The notes: generated from the letters alone by a model not told the origin. DNA of 5,849 bases from an uncultured archaeon (GCA_964510585.1 CAZECW010000066.1:1-5849), one strand, 5' to 3'; positions 1-5,597 are shown, counted from the first letter of the stretch. Program-made: numbers and translations.

Positions 1-56
1 CTGCGTCTTGTTTAGCCTCTTAAGCCCAAGCCAAACCCTTCAGCTACCAACAACTA

Positions 57-64
57 TTTATATA
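57..64. promoter_or_regulatory. TATA box TTTATATA (reads TATATAAA on minus); most likely drives leftward transcription inside the IS
   Basis: Matches the archaeal TATA consensus in the AT-rich segment next to the IS end hairpin. Orientation is ambiguous and no good BRE is seen on either side. Confidence 0.4.
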
Positions 65-86
65 CCATACTTTCAAATAAACTTTC

Positions 87-140
87 TGGCGATTCATCCC
101 CACGACTAAAGTCGGGGGCTTTCTCGCCAAGGTTTTGTAA
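87..140 (-). mobile_element. IS200/IS605-family (IS608-like) left end; element body predicted to extend leftwards beyond the window
   Basis: Minus strand reads TTAC|AAAACCTTGGCGAG-AAAG-CCCCCGAC-TTTA-GTCG(T)GGGG-ATGAATCGCCA. It has a TTAC site (+137-140), an AAAG tetranucleotide directly 5' of a GC-rich hairpin with one bulged base (+98-118) and an outer stem TGGCGA/TCGCCA (87-92/124-129). This matches the IS608 left-end layout as I recall it (TTAC cleavage site, AAAG guide, CCCC..TTTAG..TGGGG hairpin). No tnpA or tnpB is in the window. Confidence 0.75.
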
Positions 141-279
141 GTCTATACGAGGAATGCTGAACTTCATCAATTTTTGGAAATCTCCAAATCCCTCAGGAAA
201 CAGGAGCAGAAACTGGTAAAAACAAAAAAATACCAAAAAATTCACAAAGGATGCGGAATGTGGGCTAAAATATTTTTCA

Positions 280-294
280 CGAAAAAGTATAATA
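280..294 (+). promoter_or_regulatory. Candidate BRE+TATA promoter of the GT-C gene
   Basis: CGAAAAA (280-286, BRE-like) is followed directly by GTATAATA (287-294), about 36 nt before ATG 330. The BRE overlaps a low-complexity inverted repeat TTTTTC-AC-GAAAAA (273-286). Confidence 0.45.
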
Positions 295-329
295 GTATGT
301 TTTGTGATGATTTTTGAACTAAAACTTGG

Positions 330-1853
330 ATGTTCAGCTCTATGCGTGGAGTAAAATTTGAAATTGATTTGCCCACAGAGTTACCTAGTATTCTGGACAA
401 TATTTTCCTGGGGCCATTACATCTGTTTGATTTTCTAGTTCTTGCCTTAATAGTTTTTTTTGGGGTTGGACTGTGGATAGTTGGTCCGCCCCTAGTTTAC
501 GATGATTTCTACCATATGGCGGTAGCGCAGCAAATATACCGGTTGGGCTTTGTTCCCACATGGGATTTCTGGGAATTTGCACCGGTTGGTAGGCCACATC
601 TCTATCCGCCGCTGCTGCATGTTTTGATGGCTTTAACCATGAAGGTTAGCGGGGGAAATGTTCTTCTATCAGTCAAGCTTGTTAAGGTTTTAACTTATCC
701 CCTTTTGGTTTTTAGCTTGTGGTGGACTACCCGAAAATTTGTTGGTTTCAAAGCAGCCTTCTACACCTTTACCTGTTGCATTGCTGTGCTTACCACTTTT
801 ACAGACTGTTATGAGACTTCTCCGGTAAGCCTTGTTTTGATATTTTCCCTTATTCTTTTTTGGTTCTTTACACAGAAAAAAATGGTAACCTCAATCACCC
901 TCCTATCACTGGCTCTTTGGACGCACATATCTATGCCCCTCCTCATAATAATCGTTCTAGGAGCCTTTTCCATTGTGAGGAGGGAAGAGGGTTATCTTCC
1001 ATTCTTTGTAAAGGTTTTGGGAGCTTCACTGTTGGTGTACTCTCCCTGGTTAATCCACTTATTAGCTAATTTTGACTGGCTCTCATCAGTGGGTACGCCG
1101 CTTGGACTCCACATTCCTCTCCTAGCCTGGGTTTTGGGAGTCCCTGGTCTGCTTTACTCCTTCAAATACTATAAAAATAATAGTTTCATTTTCGCCATAC
1201 TTGCATTAGTTCTAATTCCTATGTTCATCTCGTATGGTCACCGTTTTTGGATATACATACTAATCCCATTATCTTTCTATACGGGTGTTACTGTGTCAAG
1301 ATTCATTGGGTCCAAACACGGAAAGTGGAGAAAAGCCCAAGCGATAATACTCCTAATTTTGGGATTATCTGCGGTAACTCTAACCCCAGCTATAGGGGAG
1401 AGTCTAGAGGTTTTCATCTATTCCCCTAACACTCCACCATATCTTGAGCCATCTGCCTTCAGTTATCTGGTGTTTTGGCCGACCTTGTATAGGGGTTTAA
1501 CACCAGTAAATTTTGACCCCACGGGAAATATTGATCCCATTGGAAACACCTTTTTCTACTATCTTGCCTCTCTCTGGATAGAACTGTTCACATTACCCCA
1601 ACAACCAATATGTGTTTTGGGTGGTAGGGCTGGTGTAGACTCAGTCGCAATTACTGCTTTCTCAGGAAGACCCACCACAAATGGCATGTGGCTTGAAGTT
1701 ATGAATCCGCTAATCCAAATATTCGTAGAATATTACTATGCGAATAATGGAACAATTTATGTAATAGGTCCCCCCTTCGCTTCACCACCGCCTACAGTTT
1801 CCACAACGATGGTGGCACAATTCGGACCAGTAAAAATTTTCGTGAGAAATTAG
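330..1853 (+). CDS. GT-C-fold multi-pass membrane glycosyltransferase (PMT/ArnT/STT3-like, lipid-phosphate-sugar dependent), 507 aa; alternative start ATG 342
   Basis: About 11-12 hydrophobic segments followed by a ~150-aa soluble C-terminal domain. The first external loop has an acidic pair and the pattern YDDFYHMAVAQQI..P.WD...PVGRPHLYPPLLH, typical of GT-C/STT3-like N-terminal loops. No WWDYG motif, so it is not a canonical AglB. Confidence 0.75.
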   Translation: MFSSMRGVKFEIDLPTELPSILDNIFLGPLHLFDFLVLALIVFFGVGLWIVGPPLVYDDFYHMAVAQQIYRLGFVPTWDFWEFAPVGRPHLYPPLLHVLMALTMKVSGGNVLLSVKLVKVLTYPLLVFSLWWTTRKFVGFKAAFYTFTCCIAVLTTFTDCYETSPVSLVLIFSLILFWFFTQKKMVTSITLLSLALWTHISMPLLIIIVLGAFSIVRREEGYLPFFVKVLGASLLVYSPWLIHLLANFDWLSSVGTPLGLHIPLLAWVLGVPGLLYSFKYYKNNSFIFAILALVLIPMFISYGHRFWIYILIPLSFYTGVTVSRFIGSKHGKWRKAQAIILLILGLSAVTLTPAIGESLEVFIYSPNTPPYLEPSAFSYLVFWPTLYRGLTPVNFDPTGNIDPIGNTFFYYLASLWIELFTLPQQPICVLGGRAGVDSVAITAFSGRPTTNGMWLEVMNPLIQIFVEYYYANNGTIYVIGPPFASPPPTVSTTMVAQFGPVKIFVRN

Positions 1854-1874
1854 ATAGTTATGTGAAGCCCGAGG

Positions 1875-2459
1875 TTATTGGGGCTTTTCACTTCTGGGCT
1901 TTTCCAATTTGGGGATTTTTTTACCGTTAATTTTTCTAAAAGTTTGGTAGACTATAACTGAAGTGGCGAAGGCGATTACCAAGGTTGCTATTATTGTGAG
2001 TAGGATGTTGGAGTATAAAGTGTAAAGCCAGAATATGCTCGAGAGCATTATCAGGTAATAAAAGGTGTGTCCAATAATTGAGGTTAAGTATATTTTTTTC
2101 CAGTCTACATTCATTAAAACCATGATGGGAACTGAGATATAAATCCAGACTGAGAAATTAAACAAAATTAAACCAAAAAAGAGACCGAGGGCCCCCACAT
2201 AGGCCTCAGCCTCCGCCAATTTTTTCTGTAGGTAGTCTGATACTCTTCCACTCTTTTTCCTCAAAAATCTTGTTGAAAAGTAGGCTATTGTGATAGCTGC
2301 GGTGTGCGACGCCAGCCAGATTACTGTAACATGGTATATATTCATGCCTGAACTCAGCATTAGGACTAAGACGGGTACCACAACCCCCGAGAACTGGATA
2401 ATCATTGTTAAGAATGCGGCCAAGATAGTGAAAATGTCCAACAAGGTGAAACGCCACAA
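1875..2459 (-). CDS. Membrane protein, divergent DedA/VTT (SNARE-associated)-like, 194 aa, TTG start
   Basis: Hydrophobic throughout with a basic tail. DedA-like layout: QFSGVVVP..LMLSSG, YxxxR (YFSTR), a basic amphipathic linker, G-containing LGLFFGLI, then M-V-W-K-I-SIIG-TFYY resembling the C-terminal DedA helix. The canonical Glu and the RFxPxxR arginines are missing. It converges neatly on the GT-C stop (21-nt gap) and has a TATA at 2492-2499. CDS status is firmer than the family call. Confidence 0.6.
   Translation of the reverse strand: MWRFTLLDIFTILAAFLTMIIQFSGVVVPVLVLMLSSGMNIYHVTVIWLASHTAAITIAYFSTRFLRKKSGRVSDYLQKKLAEAEAYVGALGLFFGLILFNFSVWIYISVPIMVLMNVDWKKIYLTSIIGHTFYYLIMLSSIFWLYTLYSNILLTIIATLVIAFATSVIVYQTFRKINGKKIPKLEKPRSEKPQ
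1916..1936 (+). terminator. Candidate oligo-T terminator for the GT-C gene, embedded in the 3' coding end of the convergent gene
   Basis: T7 (1916-1922) and T5 (1931-1935) runs lie 60-80 nt after the GT-C stop. Archaeal intrinsic terminators are U-tracts. Confidence 0.3.
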
Positions 2460-2491
2460 AAAGTTTTGAAAGTTATTTATCTCACTTCTTT

Positions 2492-2499
2492 TTAATAAA
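2492..2499 (-). promoter_or_regulatory. Candidate TATA box (TTTATTAA on minus) for the DedA-like gene
   Basis: Minus strand reads CAGCAAAGC-TTTATTAA-AAAG, about 33 nt upstream of TTG 2459. Confidence 0.45.
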
Positions 2500-2525
2500 G
2501 CTTTGCTGAGTTACCCATAAGTTTT

Positions 2526-2542
2526 TGAGTCTGCAAGACTCA
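2526..2542. repeat. Perfect 7-3-7 inverted repeat TGAGTCT-GCA-AGACTCA, candidate operator in the divergent promoter region
   Basis: Read directly from the sequence; it lies between the two divergent TATA candidates (2492-2499 and 2588-2594). Confidence 0.4.
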
Positions 2543-2587
2543 CTATTTATTCTTAGGTGTTTGGGCCTCAATTGGCTGCTTAACAGG

Positions 2588-2594
2588 TTTAAAA
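2588..2594 (+). promoter_or_regulatory. Candidate TATA box (TTTAAAA) for the GNAT gene
   Basis: The spacing places the TSS near 2615-2618, which favours a TTG start at 2628 preceded by GGTGG (2615-2619). Confidence 0.4.
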
Positions 2595-2612
2595 GGTAGT
2601 TTAATAGGTGTT

Positions 2613-3662
2613 TTGGTGGTTGATGATTTGGCTCTGAGTTCGGATTACAAGTTGAGGAATTATCAACCCGGAGACGAGGTTCAGATTAACAGTTTGTTTA
2701 ATGCTGCTTTTGGAAAGAATAGCGTATTTACTCCCAGGAGCTTAGATTTTTGGGTTTGGCGTTACCTTGAAATGCCGGGATTCGACCCGAAGGGAGTTTT
2801 CCTTTTGGAAAAAAGGGGAAGAATTGTATCCTCAGTAATAGAAACTTTAAGAAAAGCGAAGTTAGGAGAGAAGGTCTTCAATCTGGGGGTAATAGATGAC
2901 GTGTCTACTCAGCCGGGATTGTGGGGTAGAGGCTTAGCAAGTAAACTGTTAGAAGAATCCATAAAGTATGCGGAGCAAAAAAACCTCGATGGTCTCACCC
3001 TATACGCAGATCCTGAGGGGCACGCCCACAAAATATATTTGAAATATGGTTTTGTAGATGCGAAAACCTTCCATTTCTACATCAAAACACTTAGTCAAAA
3101 TGAATCCTTAATTGGCGAAAGGAAAAGGGAAGAGAAGCATTTTGGTGGAGTCTTGGAGCTACTAACCAAAGAAAATCTGAAAGATTATGCTGAGAAGTTT
3201 AACGAGGCACACACTAGGTTGGAAGCCTTCTATCCCCTAAGTTTAGATGTATTTAACTGGAGGCTTTTTGAATCGGAAAAAGCTTTTCCAAGCCAAACAT
3301 GGATATTGAGAAGTAACCAAGAAATTGTGGGAGGAGGAACTCTCAGGATAAGAGAGATTGTTGCCTTCGGGTCAAATGTGAAAACTGCACTTTTAGAATA
3401 CATGTTCACAACAAAGCCGAAGGATACAAGCACTGCTAAAGCGATTCTATCCAAACTATTGGAAGAAGCAAGAAAGAAGGACTGCCCCATGGCCCTATGC
3501 ATCATAAGTAGTAATTGCGATTTTGAATCCAAACTCCTCGAGTCCAGCGGCTTCAGCAAAGTCTCCGAAGACATCCAAATGATAAAGCCCCTCTCCAAGT
3601 TCGACTTTTCCCAATCAACAAAACACTGTTGGTACACACCATACGAGCACATGATAGGTTAA
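2613..3662 (+). CDS. GNAT-family N-acyltransferase with two GNAT domains (Eis-like architecture), 349 aa; true start may be GTG 2616 or TTG 2628
   Basis: The N-domain has motif A (DDVSTQPGLWGRGLASKLL) and motif B (AHKIYLKYGF). The C-domain retains GNAT-like elements (..AILSKLLEEARKK.., LLESSGF) but lacks the GxG CoA-binding loop. Confidence 0.85.
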   Translation: MVVDDLALSSDYKLRNYQPGDEVQINSLFNAAFGKNSVFTPRSLDFWVWRYLEMPGFDPKGVFLLEKRGRIVSSVIETLRKAKLGEKVFNLGVIDDVSTQPGLWGRGLASKLLEESIKYAEQKNLDGLTLYADPEGHAHKIYLKYGFVDAKTFHFYIKTLSQNESLIGERKREEKHFGGVLELLTKENLKDYAEKFNEAHTRLEAFYPLSLDVFNWRLFESEKAFPSQTWILRSNQEIVGGGTLRIREIVAFGSNVKTALLEYMFTTKPKDTSTAKAILSKLLEEARKKDCPMALCIISSNCDFESKLLESSGFSKVSEDIQMIKPLSKFDFSQSTKHCWYTPYEHMIG

Positions 3663-3788
3663 ATATTAAGCCCCACAAACATTCACCCAAAACCCCTGTT
3701 AGGAGAATCTTCAAAAGGCGAATGCGAAAATAGTTTCTCCAAAACTGGCTAGCCAACTTGTATGAACACTTCAAATAATGGGATAAAA

Positions 3789-4388
3789 ATGAGTGAAGAT
3801 CCTTTAATGAAAAAGCTCGCAGAAAATTTAACACTAGAAGAAGTGCACAAAATAGCTAAGGACTGTGTGCGTTGCCCGCTGTGCCAAACAAGAACCAGAG
3901 TCGTATTCGGTGAAGGCGATCCCCATGCCAGAGTTGTTTTCGTGGGAGAAGCGCCAGGAGAACAGGAAGACCTTCAAGGCCGTCCCTTTGTGGGAAGAGC
4001 GGGAAAATTCCTAGACCAACTGCTAAAGTCAGCGGGTCTGGAGAGATCCAAGGTTTACATAACAAACGCTGTGAAGTGCCGCCCACCCAAAAATAGAAGG
4101 CCCCGAAAAGAAGAACTAGAAAAGTGTAGACCATACCTCAAAAGACAAATCGAATTAATCCAACCCAAAATAATTTGCATTCTAGGCGATGTAGCCCGCC
4201 TAACCCTGCTGGGAAAAGAGGGTTCTGTAGGCGAGCTGAGAGGGAAACCCATCGAAAAAAATGGAGTAACCTATTTCCAAACATATCATCCCGCAGTAAC
4301 CCTATACAATCCCGCCACAAAAATAGAAATGGAAAAGGACATACTATCACTAAAAAATTTACTTGAAAAAATGAATATCAAAATTTAA
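3789..4388 (+). CDS. udg: Family-4 uracil-DNA glycosylase with [4Fe-4S] cluster, 199 aa from ATG 3789 (ORF open from 3762)
   Basis: Motif A GEAPG, EDxxGxPFVGxAG, YITNAVKCRPP, and motif B YHPA. Four cluster cysteines (CVRC, KCRPP, EKCRPY) as in family-4 UDGs such as T. thermophilus UdgA and T. maritima UDG. Confidence 0.95.
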   Translation: MSEDPLMKKLAENLTLEEVHKIAKDCVRCPLCQTRTRVVFGEGDPHARVVFVGEAPGEQEDLQGRPFVGRAGKFLDQLLKSAGLERSKVYITNAVKCRPPKNRRPRKEELEKCRPYLKRQIELIQPKIICILGDVARLTLLGKEGSVGELRGKPIEKNGVTYFQTYHPAVTLYNPATKIEMEKDILSLKNLLEKMNIKI

Positions 4389-4569
4389 AAACCTCCACCA
4401 AGCTACAAGGCCTAAAGCCACAGATAAATGTAAACCTCGACTAACCCCGACTCCTACATTGCTGAAGAAGCCACCCAGCCTGTCAGGTAATTATTCACTT
4501 AAACAATCTTCTACCAATTTTACGGATAAATATTGCACTAATCCTGATTTCTGCTCCTGTGAGAGCGTT

Positions 4570-4598
4570 GAAGCTTAAAAATTATGTGTATAAGCTTC
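4570..4598. repeat. Perfect 8-13-8 inverted repeat GAAGCTTA-N13-TAAGCTTC plus a third half-site ATAAGCT (4603-4609)
   Basis: Read directly from the sequence; it lies 30-85 nt upstream of TATA-like elements (4629-4635 and 4654-4661) of the TIM-barrel gene. Confidence 0.35.
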
Positions 4599-4716
4599 GG
4601 AGATAAGCTGGTGGGATTAAACTGACAATTTAAAAGCAGTTGTGGGGCATAAACTTTTATTGGGATTATTTTTACTCAAGAATGGAATCGTTAGAATTGG
4701 TGAAGTGAGAAGAGTT

Positions 4717-5577
4717 ATGATGCCTGTGGGATTTTCGAGTACCTTATTTCTTGATCTCAGTTTGGAAAGAATTGTTGAAAAATCTGCAGAGTATGGTTAC
4801 TCCTCCATAGAAATCTGGGCCGATGTGCCTCAAAAATGGTCAGGCGATTTCGAAGAAAAGGAGCAGCAAAAATTGGCAGATACTCTCGATTCATTCGGAT
4901 TCCAGAGCTCAATACACGCTCCCATCTGGGACATAAACATCGCCTCCCACATCACCAACTTTCGAAGGGAATCAGTGAATCAGGTGAAATGGTCAATGGA
5001 TCTGGCTCGAAAACTGGGTTCAAGACTAATTACACTCCACCCTGGACACATGCCGCCCTACCCATTCATACCCTCACTGAGAGAAAAAGGGAAAAGGAAT
5101 TTTCTCGAATCACTCCATATTCTAGTGGATTATTCACTTGAGACTGGGGTCCTTATAGGTTTAGAAAATATTCCCATAAATATCAGCTACTGCTTCACTC
5201 TTGAAGACCTCTTAGAGTACGTCACCAACTTTGAAAATGTGAACGTTACACTAGACATCGCCCACGCCTACATAGTTTCAAAGTATCTGGAACTTCAAGA
5301 CCCCACGAGATCCGCCATACCTCCAGAAAACAGAATAGCAGAAACAATAAAAAAACTTGGAAAACGTCTCATCAACATCCACTTACACGATAATGACGGC
5401 ACATTTGATGCCCACAAAATTCCCGGAGAGGGCAAAATCAACTTTAAACCCGTTATGGATGTCCTAAAGAAAACCAACTATAACGGTCTAATCACACTGG
5501 AGGTATGGGGCTCTAAAGACCCGGAAATGGCCGCCTTAGAAGCCAAAAAGGCAATGGAAAACCTGCTAAAAATCTGA
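4717..5577 (+). CDS. Sugar-phosphate isomerase/epimerase / AP-endonuclease-2 (xylose isomerase-like) TIM-barrel metalloenzyme, 286 aa from ATG 4717 (or 4720)
   Basis: Metal-ligand motifs SIHAP, LHPG, GLEN, LDIAH, IHLHD, DAH..PGEG.INF and ITLEV. GGTGA at 4699-4703 and a TATA-like CTTTTATT at 4654-4661 argue that the GTG 4642 extension is not translated. Confidence 0.85.
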   Translation: MMPVGFSSTLFLDLSLERIVEKSAEYGYSSIEIWADVPQKWSGDFEEKEQQKLADTLDSFGFQSSIHAPIWDINIASHITNFRRESVNQVKWSMDLARKLGSRLITLHPGHMPPYPFIPSLREKGKRNFLESLHILVDYSLETGVLIGLENIPINISYCFTLEDLLEYVTNFENVNVTLDIAHAYIVSKYLELQDPTRSAIPPENRIAETIKKLGKRLINIHLHDNDGTFDAHKIPGEGKINFKPVMDVLKKTNYNGLITLEVWGSKDPEMAALEAKKAMENLLKI

Positions 5578-5597
5578 AGCTGCATTCCCCCTTAATT

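Noticed and set aside
54-245. 63-aa minus-strand ORF containing KAPDFSRGDE, resembling TnpB C-termini
   Set aside because: That peptide is simply the translation of the IS hairpin. The ORF crosses the predicted IS junction and starts in a low-complexity T-tract.
304-370. C-box GTGATGA at 304-310 as a possible box C/D sRNA
   Set aside because: No CTGA D or D' box at suitable distances, and it overlaps the GT-C start.
2621-2637. TGATGA...CTGA kink-turn-like motif at the GNAT start
   Set aside because: The flanking canonical stem cannot form and the C box lacks the 5' purine.
3702-3755. GGAGAA/TTCTCC stem and the 10-bp palindrome TGGCTAGCCA in the GNAT-udg spacer
   Set aside because: Several 10-bp palindromes are expected by chance in this window, and the 6-bp stem encloses a weakly structured 27-nt loop.
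3230-3834. Antisense ORFs 3230-3652 (140 aa) and 3553-3834 (93 aa)
   Set aside because: Shadows of well-supported + strand genes, with no recognisable motifs. The same applies to the ORFs at 385, 860, 1247, 2206, 3856, 4055, 4138, 4175, 4836 and 5295.
3789-4388. UdgX-type suicide UDG
   Set aside because: It has the ordinary KCRPPxNRxP loop, not the KRRIH R-loop of UdgX.
200-4560. 13-nt match ACAGGAGCAGAAA at 200-212 (+) and 4560-4548 (-)
   Set aside because: About 0.5 such matches are expected by chance in 5.8 kb over both strands, and it does not extend.
4368-4574. Minus-strand reading frame between udg and the TIM-barrel (..VQYLSVKLVEDCLSE* then LPDRLGG..)
   Set aside because: Interrupted by TAA, has no good start or RBS, and partly overlaps the udg end.
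4642-4716. GTG-initiated 25-aa N-terminal extension of the TIM-barrel ORF
   Set aside because: It contains the likely TATA and GGTGA RBS for ATG 4717, so it is probably untranslated.
5575-5577. TGA stop as selenocysteine with a downstream SECIS
   Set aside because: Read-through adds only five residues before TAA, the position is not catalytic, and no SECIS consensus is recognisable.
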